Source of the DNA: Botryllus schlosseri
Taxonomy: Eukaryota
Assembly (NCBI GenBank): GCA_051294905.1
Contig: CM119380.1
Span: 12,338,001-12,402,000 of the forward strand
DNA: 64,000 nucleotides
Reading direction: 5' to 3'
The position numbers were made by a program, and so were the translations under genes. A model generated the notes under the pieces. The model did no database searches. It had not been told where the DNA came from and saw nothing but the letters and a program-made list of their open reading frames with translations. Every line of letters starts with the position of its first letter. Within the stretch, counting starts at the first letter, position 1. Shown here one piece after another: positions 1-12,900 of this stretch.

Positions 1-191
1 CCGGCCCTGTGGCGAATAGTGAATGTCAGAAGAATGCAGTTATCTATGAGCCATAAAAATTGAGGAATGGTGGTGATCAGCGTATGAAAGACTAGTAATA
101 GGCAAAATGCAAAGGAATGAAATCAAGAACAAATAAAAGCATGCATTACGACGCGAGCGCGCGGCTGGTTCCGCCCGAGGACGGTCTTCCG

Positions 192-2561
192 TCAGGCTGA
201 TGTGGACTGCAGCGCCTCGTGGAGGAGTGTATGATGTAGTGAGCTGCAACCATCGAATTTGTACCTATAACGCGATCTGCAAGTGCGGGGTTTATGCCCG
301 TAGCTCAAGCAATTTGTGCAAATCGACCTTTCTTCCACGTACGTTTTTCGAGCGATCGGAGTCTTTTCCCTGAAGACATCACATCTGTAGAGCGGATGGT
401 CGTTGTCGCAGAGGGTACATGGCAGTGAGGTACTTTTTTCTGCCGCAAGTCGTCCACGGTCGTTTAAATCGGAAGAATCGACGCACGTTGCATGTACATT
501 AACGCGGTTTCGGTTCGACGGCATACTGTACACAAGTCGGGCGAGAGGAGTTCTTGCCGCATCTGCTTCACATTGCACGAAATCGACGAATTCTTCGAAT
601 GTCGGCTCAATGCCTTTTCTCAGTGTTCCGTGGTGCTTACCCATGAACCGTCGTAGAAAGGGAACAGGATAACGACCCAATATCTGTTCGAGGACGCCAA
701 TCGCGTTGACTTGTATCGTTGCATTACATTGTGCGAAGACGTAGCTGGCCGCCCGAAGCTGATCGGATGCCGCTATAAGAGCCCGAGCATTATCGGTATC
801 AATCGGTTTTCTCTTAGTTAGTTGCTCAATGAAAGCGGGAACAACGTATGAATCGCGACCATAATTAGTGAATAGGATTTTGCGAGCGTGTATGTACGCC
901 TGCTCGCTTTGGTGGCTGGCGCGGCATCCCGCGAGAGCGGCTTTTGCTTCGCCAGTACAGTACGATATGAGTTTGCTCAGTTTAATTCTAGCAGGATGCC
1001 TTTCGCTCGAGCCGACATCCTGGGGCTGGAAAGAATTATCGAATTCGTTCATAAAGCGGTGGTAATCTAACGGGTTGCCATCGAAGGGGGATATTGAAAT
1101 TGTTTGTAGGTCGAGGCTACGTTTCATGGAACCTAGCATATTGTTCAGTGGATTTACACAATTCATTTGATTATAAGGTGAGGCCGAAATGTAGGGGCTA
1201 GGATTATCTGGTTGGCGAAAGCCAGTGACATTGGGAGGTCTAGCATAGATGGATGGGACACAGTGTAGTTCATCATGATCCCGTAAAGGGATTCTGCGGT
1301 CTACGGGCCTAGCCGGCCCAGTAGGGACATCCGCACTGACAGGACGATGCATTTGGGGATATGAAATTTGTTCTCGACTACCAGCTCGGCCGCCGAGATT
1401 GGGTTCGAAAGGGTTGGCGATTAAAGGTTCATTACGATTAGCGGCAGGGGCCGGACTTGGACCAAGGTTTTCGGGACATACTGGTCTGGCAGATAGCGTA
1501 GTTATCATGGATTGGGTTTCCGGCGGCTCGATCGTGGGTCTGCGAGACCCACTCCCTCGGGCGGTCGAAGCATTCCACGTAACGAAACTCTGGCCGAAGG
1601 TTGCGGGCACACGCACATGTAAAGGTTCGGTACTCACGGGGTCGTTTTCCGCGGGGGGCGTGTCTAGGTCTCGCGGGGCGAGAGAGCCACTGTAGGACGA
1701 ACGTATATTGGTAAGTTTCAGTTCTGCGGTAGCTTGAATAAGTTTCCTCTTTTCTTCAAACTCGGCTTTTATTCTCGCTTCTTCAAGCTTGTGTCTTGCT
1801 TGTCTCTCCTCTGCTTCGAGTTTCACTTCCTCGATCTTGAGTTCGGCATTGACGCGGTCTCTCGCGACGGAGCTTCTTGAGCTGGAGACCACGCTACTTA
1901 ACGTTCGTCTACTTCGAGCTGGACTGAAAAGGTTATTGAGGTCGGCACTTGTCGCAGAGCTCACGTGGTCTTCCTGGTATTCTTCGTAAACGCGTCTGGC
2001 TTCGCGTTGACCTTGGGTGATGACTTGGTCCAGCCTGTCTATTCGGTGAAGGCTTGGACTGTCCATGTTTTGCGTTTGCACTGCTCGTTTCAGTCTCCTC
2101 AAGGTGTCTTTCAGTTTAAAGGTTAGTTCGTCTAGCGCACACTTACACTTGACGACATGCATGGGCGATGGTGCATTTTCGATGGAGATGTGGAAAGCGT
2201 TCATAGCCGCGTCGTATTCGGCGTTGGAATCTTGTATAACTCTGTCAACATAAGGCTGACTTAGCACCGTATTGGAATGCTGCTGGCTGAGCACCTCTGC
2301 TTTGGCTGCTGGCATCGTCGGCTGCGTATCGACGGGCTGCTGGCTGAGCACCTCTGCTTCGGCTGCTGGCAGTGATGTATTGAAATGCTGCTGGCTGAGC
2401 ACCTGTGCGTCGGCTGCTGGCATCGTCGGCTGCGTATCGACGGGCTGCTGGCTGAGCACCTCTGCTTCGGCTGCTGGCAGTGATGTATTGAAATCCTGCT
2501 GGCTGAGCACCTCTGCTCCGGCTGCTGGCAGTGATGTATCCATATCGACGTCAGTCGGCAC
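192..2561 (-). CDS. BEL/Pao LTR-retrotransposon Gag-like protein (DUF1759-like capsid region + C-terminal Zn knuckles)
   Basis: 789-aa ORF. ISPFDGNPLDYHRFMNEF motif, coiled-coil region, CTLCDNDHPLYRC, CTNCLSYGHKPRTC and ..GCSSLHHTLLH knuckles typical of BEL/Pao gag. Confidence 0.9.
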   Translation of the reverse strand: MPTDVDMDTSLPAAGAEVLSQQDFNTSLPAAEAEVLSQQPVDTQPTMPAADAQVLSQQHFNTSLPAAEAEVLSQQPVDTQPTMPAAKAEVLSQQHSNTVLSQPYVDRVIQDSNAEYDAAMNAFHISIENAPSPMHVVKCKCALDELTFKLKDTLRRLKRAVQTQNMDSPSLHRIDRLDQVITQGQREARRVYEEYQEDHVSSATSADLNNLFSPARSRRTLSSVVSSSRSSVARDRVNAELKIEEVKLEAEERQARHKLEEARIKAEFEEKRKLIQATAELKLTNIRSSYSGSLAPRDLDTPPAENDPVSTEPLHVRVPATFGQSFVTWNASTARGSGSRRPTIEPPETQSMITTLSARPVCPENLGPSPAPAANRNEPLIANPFEPNLGGRAGSREQISYPQMHRPVSADVPTGPARPVDRRIPLRDHDELHCVPSIYARPPNVTGFRQPDNPSPYISASPYNQMNCVNPLNNMLGSMKRSLDLQTISISPFDGNPLDYHRFMNEFDNSFQPQDVGSSERHPARIKLSKLISYCTGEAKAALAGCRASHQSEQAYIHARKILFTNYGRDSYVVPAFIEQLTKRKPIDTDNARALIAASDQLRAASYVFAQCNATIQVNAIGVLEQILGRYPVPFLRRFMGKHHGTLRKGIEPTFEEFVDFVQCEADAARTPLARLVYSMPSNRNRVNVHATCVDSSDLNDRGRLAAEKSTSLPCTLCDNDHPLYRCDVFREKTPIARKTYVEERSICTNCLSYGHKPRTCRSRYRYKFDGCSSLHHTLLHEALQSTSA
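2280..2545 (-). repeat. Coding tandem repeat in gag N-terminus (alternating 51- and 57-nt units)
   Basis: Units (H/D)FNTSLPAAEAEVLSQQ and PVDTQPTMPAAxAxVLSQQ, about 5 units. Confidence 0.95.
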
Positions 2562-2654
2562 TCGTATATTTTACCTCTTATGTCGCGTAGGATCAGTTCT
2601 CGATAGAACTGGACTGGAATATTTGTTGCAAGTAACGACCGATATCTAACTGAC

Positions 2655-2930
2655 TGTTAAAGAGTCCAGACACAGTGGGTTTCCGTAGCTTGTATTGCGA
2701 GTAGGATTAACTAACTGGTCTATAACGTATCGTTAAAATATACGCTGGCAATTACTCTAAATTGAAGATATTACGTTAATGCAATGCTACACGAAATGCG
2801 ACACAAAATCCCTGTTTACTGTACGACGTCTGTCTCTGAAAAGGGCGAAAACGTGGTCGTCGCTTCTCTCGAGTTATGAGTTAAGTAGAGCATGACAGAG
2901 CCACTCACGCTGAGAGAATCCACCGTGACA
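2655..2930 (-). mobile_element. Putative 5' LTR of the BEL/Pao element
   Basis: Minus strand reads TGTCACGG...CTCTTTAACA just upstream of gag. No PBS found and no second LTR in the window. Confidence 0.35.
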
Positions 2931-3901
2931 GGCGTAGTATATGATTTCTGCAGCATTCGGAATTTTTGTGGTCAAATATAATAAAAGAGAGTTTGGTTAG
3001 GTAAGAATAGCCTACCAATGCTTTACGACTAGATCTCTTCCCTGTAAACCCTTACCCACGACGACCACCTTACCGCAACGTCAACGGCGGCTTCAAAAAA
3101 CTCAAAATCAACCCCACCTGAACTAATAACTCCCTTCGGTCAAAAAAACACAGACTTAACTTGCGCACCACCTGAAAGACCTTCGCGTACCACTAGTGGT
3201 ACGCGTACCGCAGGTTGGGAACCACTGCTGTAAAGGTCTGTTAGTTGAGTAACCCTTAGATCAGTTGTTCGTAACCGATGTTCCATTGAACTCTATTCGT
3301 TCTATGAGTCAATCTCGGGGGTTCCCTGGAGGACAGGACACACACTCAACAATACATATGATTTGACATGATGATATGGTCGTATTGGCCATCATTGAGG
3401 GGATTAGGCCCAATCATTAGTCAGATTGTGACTATAGTGGTAGTACATCGTGTGCAGTGGCGTACACAAGGGAGGTTGGGTTTCCAAATCGAAATCCAGT
3501 CCTTCATTTCCAATTTTATATCTAATATTTACAAGGTCATTTGTAATTCGTTTTGAACGAACAATGCGATGACACTCCCAAGGTGAAGGTTCTCATTTCT
3601 GAACCGTTATCTGAATGGGAACAGTAGAAGTAGGACTGACTGTCAATAAGTCTGCAATAATGTTGTTGTTTTGTGTGAAAATTACATTTTATTTGGTCTC
3701 GTTTTTCTACCACTCAGTTCATTTTGTGCACCAGTAATGTATTAAATATGTACAGCTTGCACATTACCGTGAGTGTTCCGTGGGTTAGTAAAAGTTAAGA
3801 ACCCACTGGTATAGACGATAACTACATGACCATCTCTGCGGGCATGGCTGCTTTTCGCCCCTGACGCCGCCACCACTTACTGGAAATCTTTCCCTTCTCA
3901 G

Positions 3902-6900
3902 CAAGCCAAAACGAGCTGTAAAAACTCCAAGATGTGGGCTTGGCTGCTGTTCTCGCATTCGTTCGGCGTCTGGTTCGGATGCCTGCTCGACTATTCCCGG
4001 TGGTACCATTCGAAGGCGTCCATCCTGCGGTACGGTCTCAACGTCTTAAGACTTCTCGAGCGAATGAAATGCATCTCGCTGCCGGACAAAACCTCGTACC
4101 GCATCCTGATGCACTTATGCTGCCTGCACAACTAACCGGTGCTGGCGATGAAGGTATTTCAGTTTTTGAGAGACTCGGGCACGCAGTTCAGCGCGGTCAC
4201 GTACGGTCTTTACAACAAGGCGTTGTTGGAGTTCGCGTGGCCTTCCACGGATAGAGACGGGTGAGTTTTCTTATGACTCGGAACTGTTGATGACGGCCGG
4301 AGTTGCCGTTTAGCCATCGTCATATGGCCAAATTCTTGAAATCAGGCTGTATTTTTAAACATTTGGACATGAAAAATAGTGTGTATCGACCAAACTATAT
4401 TTGCCCACAAAATAACTCTGGCTCGTATCCTTTTTATGGTGGTGACCCAATTTCCTGTTCAATAATTTTCCACGGACCTTTAAATTTGGTAAGGTGCTTA
4501 CCGACATAAAGGAAAAAACGCGACAACCTGCACCTAGAGAAGTGGCGGGCAACATACGGCCCGGGGACAGTTTTCCGTCTTACATGATAATGTAGCCCGT
4601 GGCCCAAGTCTTCCGAGATACTTGCTTACATAGGTCACATATTAGTGAATGTATGTTATTAGACACAATTACACAGGTATGCGCACCGCGCAGCGAGCGT
4701 AGGCGTAAGTTCAGCGAAGCGAGAAGACTTGCATTAATGCATTACCGGCATTTACGATGTACTCAACCCTAATGTCATTTGTGGTAACATGGTGTTTGTC
4801 GAATGCAATGGTCATTTACACTAAGCCGATATTTCTTATTTTTGATTCCTTAACCGTCGACTTGTAGCACACTTCTAGGCTTTTGTAAGACACCGCATAT
4901 GCCAGAGGTCACCAACATAAAAGTGTTCGCGGGCCACTTTCAAATTTCGTAGAGGCCGCGGGCTGCATGAATTCAATATCGAGATAAAATATGCCACACA
5001 GTTGAACAACCATGCTATCTCGTCACCTACTAAATCCTAATGAATTGATATCTTGGTAAATTTGTGGTACCGGGCTTATCAAACGCCTTGAAATCTTAAT
5101 TAAGGATTGCACCGTGTGTTGATTGATCAGAGAGAAGCAGGCGTGGTGAAACCTGCATGACAATGCTGTTCTCAAATCCACATTGTCTTCGTCATTATCG
5201 TTACATTGCTGTCGTTAAAATATATTGATTATATACGATTTTTTCCTTGTATATGTGGATAAATGGGTGAATAATGTATCGATTGAGTAATCCGGCCCAC
5301 CAAGTAGGCTACTTAATTTTCCTATATCCGGCCCGCCGACTGAAGAAGTTGCCCGCCCCTGACCTAGAGAGACTTTCCGCCAGCCAGCATGTCAGCAACC
5401 TATTCAAGGCCAATTTGTGAAGCTGATTACCTGATACATATACCAATGAGAGAGTCGGACTGCGTGTTTGTGGTGAAACCCTCTGCCATGTGTGCGATGG
5501 AATTAGTTGATCAGAAGCGGGCACTCAATGCTTGTTTGAAAGAAGACATCATAGCACGTAATTTTTCCAACTAAGTGTACGTTGTTGACCCTATAAGGAA
5601 GTAACCAAAACTTGTCCATTTTTACAACAAGGTTATCTTGTCTTCTTGATTATATACACGCTCGGTTGCCCTACTCTGGTCTAACTTCGTGCCGTAGTTG
5701 GTTATGCGTTGAAATTCTGCGTCCAACGATGTATTACTTGTAGGTTTCGCGTCCTGTTGAAGTCGTATTTTACATTTTTGAGAAGTGAAGCAAAATTTTT
5801 CGGGAAACCCTGTCGGTGCTGGCCGGTTTAAACGACGCGTCATTCTTAGGTACATGCTCTGGCGGAAACTTGAAAATGTGTTTTACGCCACCGTTATTTT
5901 GCGACGTTTGGTACGGAAGAAGAACGGATCGGTTTCGGAGCAGTCCGACCTGCGTAGCGACTCGTCGAGCATGAAAAGCTTGGAGCAACCACAGCGGAAC
6001 GTTGTCGATACCAAGTCCAGCGATCAGTTTGAAGAGTACAAGGATCTGGCGACGCCGCTGTCCGAGGCGCTTCCACAGCCTGGTAATTCGTAGTTTTGAA
6101 GATATCGATGTGCTGTTTTAGTTTGTCATCTGTTGGTATTTGAAGAGCTTCTTGCAGGTACAAACCTTTAATATACAATTGAATGGTATATTCATAATGA
6201 AATAAACCCGAATATTTTCGACTGATACTCGTCAGGGGTAAATTATCTGCAACTGGTAGAGAATCGGAAAGAACTTTGTATATCAACAATCGTATCACAA
6301 AATATGATGTCTTCTGCATGAAATTTCAAATAATTTAGGTGAAGATATCTCTGAAGATCTCGCCAAATGTCATGCCAGTGACGTCATATTTGGTGGTACG
6401 ATTGTTGATATACAATGTTCTTTCCAATTCTCTACTACTAATTGCTGACGATTGCCCCTGACGAATGTCAGCTGAAAATATTCGGACTCATTTCAATACG
6501 AATATACTTCTAATTAAGACAAACAAAGTTCATTATCACGGACCGTCTAATTGTAACGATGAAAGAGTCGAACAATATAATCCGTACCTTATTACCTTTT
6601 ATCAGAGCTTATCGGGCAAGGTGACGGCCCACGTGTGGACTCTGCCTCGAAAAATACAGAAGACGGGGCTGTCGAGTCCAACCCGGACACAGTGAGCGAC
6701 GTGTCGGAGATTAGCGGCGTCGAGAACGTGCCAGTTGAAGAGGATGCTCCTAAAATGCCAAGAAGTCATAGCAACAGCATCGTAAGGGCGCTGGTTGCGA
6801 ACGACGGTAAAGGTGAGTGGGATAGTAGCAAAAGACTGGCTCGAACACGATTAGAATGTGCGACCTCCTCAACTGTTTTGTGACTGTGGATTATTTTACG

Positions 6901-9900
6901 TCTTGTTGATGTTCCGTGACCCACCTTGTGACATTTCCTGCTCATGGTGTAGCAAACAAAGCCATCGGCCCATTAAAAACTTTCTGCGAATTTTGGGAAG
7001 CTGGTGACTAAAATAGACGGCCATCACTGTCGCCTGGTCTAGTTGGAAGCCGACACAAATCTTGTAGATAAGGAACGGTTAAAAGTACCGACTTTATACC
7101 ATGTAAGCTCTGAGGTCGTGACTTATTCCTTGAAAATGACTGTTCTAATCAATGGGGTCCGACTTTAACCCCCATTGTATGTAAACTGCAAGTATCATAA
7201 TAGTAAGTGTCCTAATAGTGAGCGTCATAACAATGAGGCATTCAAAGTAGAGTGTCATATTAGCAGGTTATTCAAAATAACCCAGCCTAACCCTAACCTG
7301 ACACCTATCTCCGACACATGCTAAACTGAGCCTTAATGGAACCCTAACCTCGTCTCTAATGCAATATAACCTGAACTTATCCCTGATCCTAACCCGAAGC
7401 CAAAAGAAACTCGCTATATCACCGAGATGCTCTGGCTGTAGCCACCATCTCGCTGTTTCGTGTATTCTTTACGTCGGTCGTGTCGATGAGCTATCCCATT
7501 TTTTCAAACATCCAGATGAAAATGGAGGCGGAGACGCGACCTCGAAAAGGTCTCAAAATTTCTCGTCGTGAGTCAAAGAAATCTCTCGTGAAGCTGGTGA
7601 TCGAACGCAAGGACATTACGGACCTGGCTCTTGACCCGTTATCGCCCCCGGCGCACCCTGAAGTCAACGTGCAGGAACTCGTTCATGCCAACGGTAAGTG
7701 GATATAGTTCAGTTCAAGTAGATGATTGATACAAGGCAGGAATGTGTCTTTTACATCTGCTGTATCAAGGCGTGATTCAATATCGTCACATCTGAAGGCT
7801 GTTCCGGGTTTTGAGTGTAAATCCCCAGTTTTTGTATGCTTATCGTTCTATCTGTATCATGTGAAAATTTTTAAATAAGTTTTCTGTTCGAGTGGGAGCC
7901 CAGTTCGCAAAAGTCATCGATCTGAGTCCTGTACTAATTTGACCAATACTCTTTGGTCGAATAGGGCACTGCTCAAGTACAATATTTATCTACTGTTGGC
8001 TTGTGGAATCCAGTCGAAAACTGCATTATACCGATATTTCCAGAAGAAATACTCAATACCGCGATTGTGTTTGTCAAAACGCTTGCAAGGAACGTTGAAA
8101 ACAGTAAAATTTCTCTCCTATCGCCTATGAATAAAATAGACGAAGCTGCGAAAGGCTGTTCGAAGGCCTATTTGAACGGATTGAAACGTATCATATTGCA
8201 ACTTCCAATGATCCCTGCCGTGTCGTAATGGATTTCAGAATTGTAAAAATCGCTTTTCTCGTTCTATTCAGAAGTCAAAAAGAAAGAGCCAATTCTGAAA
8301 GAAGAATCTGTTTCATATAAGGTCGGCAGCGGGATTTCCGTGGAAAAATGCATCTCCCTCGACGATATGTCTCCCTACAAGGTTGGTATCGATTGTTTCT
8401 GTCTTCCAAGCAGATTCGCGGCCCTTGCTTTTTACCCCACGCTGATATATTGTACCTAATCGATTTTGATTACGGAATATTTGTATTTTGTTAACCTACT
8501 CGTACCACTGTCTTACGGGTAGTTCTGAAACTCATTTTTCTGTGTGTGTTGTTCCAAAAAATTTCCACCACATATTTTCCAACCATGTCTTTGTAAATAG
8601 AGTATGAGTCTCGAATGCTGAATTAAAACTTGTGTGTGAATTGCTCAATTGTAATGCTTTGGCGACCGTCAATTTGTGCCTGTAAATTGACTTGGAAGTG
8701 TTTGATTTAGGGGTACATTAATGTATGAATGGGCCCATGTAGACCTGTTTTAACGTTTTCCTGTTACTTTAATATCAGGAGTCTCATTGTAACTTACAGG
8801 AGGAACGAAAATTAAATCAACCAGACAGTCTGACCAGCACACCTTCGAATTCCGCCAAGAAGCGACCCGGGTATTTGACAAGGTATTGAACGGATTCAGA
8901 ATGATTGTAATTGAAACTGAATGAATTGAATATTGAATGATTCGGCCTTGCAATGTTTAAATCAGAATTTTCAATTATGTATCAATTCCTTTTGATTACC
9001 CACTGCGTATGCCCTTGGTGATTTATGAATTATGATGGCGGGCATCCTGCAATTTACTAACCATATATCTCAGGTTGGCATAGTTCAATGTTAGTTTCTA
9101 GCCGACGGTTCGGACAATATTGCTTTGAACAGCTTCTTTGAGGTTCAGAACTTCAATATACAATTGAATAGTATATTCATATTGAAATGAACCCGAATAT
9201 TTTCGGCTGACACTCGTCAAGGGTAATCGTCAGCAACTAGTAGAGAATTCGGTGCCATATGCCATATGATGAAAGTTATGTTTGAGTTCGCACTGTACGA
9301 AATTTCTACTAACCACTAAAGGTAACTGCCTTAAATTCTAAAGTGACGAACCAATTTCTATGAACTATGTGCCGTTCAATTTGGAAATCATTTTGAAATC
9401 ATCTTGTATACTAAACATAGCATTAGATTCGTGGCATTCGTAATGCATCATACCATAGCGTTGTAGCGTATAACACTGCCGGACAAGTGTCGTATTTTGG
9501 ATCATGCAAATCTGCAATTAAGCATAAAAATGGCTCGATCAATTTACATGTCTTAGATTTGTAATTGGAAATTTTCCGTCACATCAATCTCAGGTCGTTT
9601 TCTTTCGCACCCGGCTCCACGCTATCCGAAAGCGTCATCAGCTCGGGGTCGAAGCTGAACAGCTTGTTGAAGGCGACCACGTTCGGCGTCGCGAGCAAAG
9701 CAAAAAAGCTCGCCACCAATCTCGCGAAAGACTTCAACGAAACGGTCCAGACCAACCTCTCCTACTATACTCCTGAAAAGGTTTGTTATTAGATTGTAAA
9801 GCAGGGGTGGTTAGTCAATAAAGCATTACTGTTCTTCGCAGTACTCAAGCAGGGTTGTAACCGTGTCACCAGGTTCCGAGTCACAAATCAATCTTACTGT

Positions 9901-12900
9901 TATAGTTTTGACTTGATTCGAGTCATTTTAAATTCACCAGTGAGTCAAGTCCGAGGCAATGAATACTGGGTTGAGTCTGAGTCGTAGTGTTGTGACTCGA
10001 GTCCAATTCATTGTGTTCACTGTTCAGTTTTGAGATCAATACAGTTCAGCCTACTTTTTTCAACTCTGCTCGAGTGATATAGATAGAATGGATCGCACTC
10101 ATAATATAGTAATTTTCCTCAGTCCTAACAGTTTCTGGGCCTATTTTCCAAGAATGAGGACTGATAGACGAACTACCAATAATGTGATGACTTGACTACC
10201 GTATTAGTTACAATTGAATGTCTGTCTTGGCCGTTCGTGAGTCGAATCATGACTCATTCATAACAAGCCTGCTCGAAAGGCTATATTTTTGACTACTTTC
10301 ATTAGTACTTGAACAGATTTTTCTTTTGGAAAAAGTTAGCACCACTGCGCTATACGTCAGAAATAGTCATTGAAATGACATGAAATAACACGGTAAAGGA
10401 ATATAATTCAAAGACCGCACATCTTTGTAGAGTCATGAGCCATTTTGTCGTAATCGTGAAGATGTTCAAGTGATTTCGAAAGTAGCCGATGTGATGATAT
10501 GCTAAGTTTTACTACCCTCCAAGCAAATCTACATTTTCAAACTGCTTATTCGGGTGCATTACAGACTTTTCATGTTCTCCATTCAAGTAGTGTTGACTTG
10601 TCTTGGAAATTGCTATTTCCGATTATAGGCTAATTGAGTAAAAATGAAAACTCACCACTTGGTACAACTTGACAAGCATTTGTTATTCTGTTTTAATTGG
10701 ATTACAGTCCGTTCCATTACCCCGTCGTTTTAAGCAACTCCTTCATGCCTATTTTCAGTTCAAAGGCTCGCTGGGCTCGATTTCCGAAATCGGGCAAGAC
10801 AACTCAAGGTCTAGACGCGACGATAACGATTACAGCGGAAGTCAATCCAGTCTGCAGAGTTACAACGAGAAGACAAGTTCAAGAAGTACAGGTACACTAT
10901 GTTGGAAGAATCTCCCCTATTTTTAGTGATTAGCCTACAGCCTACATGAACGACAGCATTATTTACTTATGAATGTGAGATCAGACAAGGGCATGGTCTT
11001 GGTATCATTGGCCTGCTATTTTTGTTTCAAGTGAATTAAAGTACGACGCAATACATTACTGCATAACACAAACGCAGTATAGGCTGTGGCGTCGCAAGTA
11101 ATGAATGAAATTTACTTTTAAGCCAGCCGTTTTCAGGTACAAGAAGTGGCCCTACTTCTCAGAAGTTGAATTACTGTGAAAACGTGTGTCTTAATCAATA
11201 TTACTGAATTAGCGAAAATTCGGAAATAAAATATTTGAAGTTTGAATTCAAATGAAATGGAAGAATGATTCAAGTTCAATACACATCAAATCAGAGCTCA
11301 TCCTTGTACGCAAGAGAATGGCAAATGTCTGTACCACAGCTTGACTCGTTTCACATTATACAGCTCTCCTGTGGAATTTGATTAGAATTAGATTGAATGA
11401 TTGTGACTTCTCACGGTGGGCTTTACTATGACAACGTCTCTCGCATAATCGAATCTCTCTCTTTCCAGCGTCATCACGTATGAACCCATCAAATTTCAGA
11501 ACGCTGAATTCGGCGCGGCCGACTCTGGCCATGTCTTCGACGTCTCTCAACTCGAAAGCCGTCGTGGAGATGGAGGTGTCGATGAGCAGCTGTTCGAAAT
11601 GCACGCGATGCAAATGTCTGGTTTACGACGAGGAAATCATGGCCGGCTGGATGGCCGACGAGTCGAACCTCAATACTCAGTGAGATGCTTTGATGGCGAA
11701 TATAGCGGTTGGCTTCGTATTTGTGGATGCAGTGTGGTCTGGCTACCATATAACTATGTCCATTTTATTCGGGCTGTTTGGTAGTTTAGGCTTGTTTTAG
11801 AAATCGATTCTTACACTGAAAATGTCCACATTTGAACCAAAGTCCGCCAGCTGAGTAGCTCTGCGATTTTGCGTATGTGGGTTTTCAGTGCAATAAAGTA
11901 ATGAAAAATAATTGCTCCTGTGAGTGGTATCCCGCTTTGATATACATAATACAAGGCTATGATAGTAGCGACAACCTTGTACTTTCGAGACATGTGTGCT
12001 TTTTAAGTATGGTGAGATGCAGTTGAATACCATTATTCCAGATAAATCCTAGCAAATATTTTGGTCATTGACAATTTTGGCATTGGTAACAGCATTTCCA
12101 TTTTTTGCAGCTGCCCCTTTTGCAATCGACTCTTTGTACCGCAATTGAACGTTTGTCTAATGGTAAGATTTTCTTTTTTCAAAAATAGTTATCATTTTTA
12201 TATTTATTTTATGTTGCCTTAGGACTGCAGGAATCGTACCGACGTGGTTTCAGAAGATTCGATTTCCCATCACGAGTTATCTGTACCCGACAGGAGAAGC
12301 GTTATTTCAAATAATCGCGATGTATGTCGTTTTTCAAAGTGCCGTCATAATTTTTAGAACTTGTTTGAATGCATCGCTAATATGACACCCTGGATGGGTC
12401 TTACTGGATGCTGTCGTCCGTACTTTCAGAGCTTTCAAGAACTGGACCCTGTCTCGGTGCCGTATCTGAGCCCGCTCGTTCTGCGTAAGGAGCTGGAGAG
12501 TCTGCTCGAAAACGAAGGAATGGCCATTCTCGGAGAGCCCGAATTTGTAGACAATCATCCGATCGTGTATTGGAATTTCGTAAGTCGGCAGTTTTGTTGT
12601 TGATGGCCCGTTTTGAAGATTGCAATAGTCATGAAGTTTGATCGCTTGATTTTTGAACCTGCAATCCCTGTTCTGGTTTGTGTTTTATGTATGCCGGGGC
12701 TTGTAATATTTTAATGAATGTACATGCTCGTGTTTTCTGCTTGCTCCAACGCTCACACGAGTTCCTACATTTCTTTATCGCCGTCATTTGCAGGTATGGT
12801 ATTTCCGGCGGCTCGATCTACAAAGCAATCTCTACAACCTCATCTTGGATTCCAAGCACGTGAACAATGCCGCGAGACCCGGCCGGGAGCAATCCAACAA

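Larger units (their letters stand above)
6177..6513. mobile_element. Fold-back element (about 140-bp inverted arms), possibly derived from Penelope-like pseudo-LTRs
   Basis: 6177-6320 is a diverged reverse complement of 6380-6513. Single-arm copies at ~9125-9250 and ~13030-13105, and a fragment at ~42920-42956. Confidence 0.75.

Noticed and set aside
4133-4135. TAA=Gln nuclear recoding
   Set aside because: No other in-frame TAA/TAG in more than 8 kb of modelled coding sequence; a single mutation or error is simpler.
3934-4254. 106-aa ORF from the track
   Set aside because: Wrong frame of the DENND4 exon; the conserved frame is the one containing TAA 4133.
7140-7420. cctaaccctaacc motifs as telomeric repeat
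   Set aside because: Few degenerate units; more likely part of a Helentron-like repeat, which I cannot delimit.
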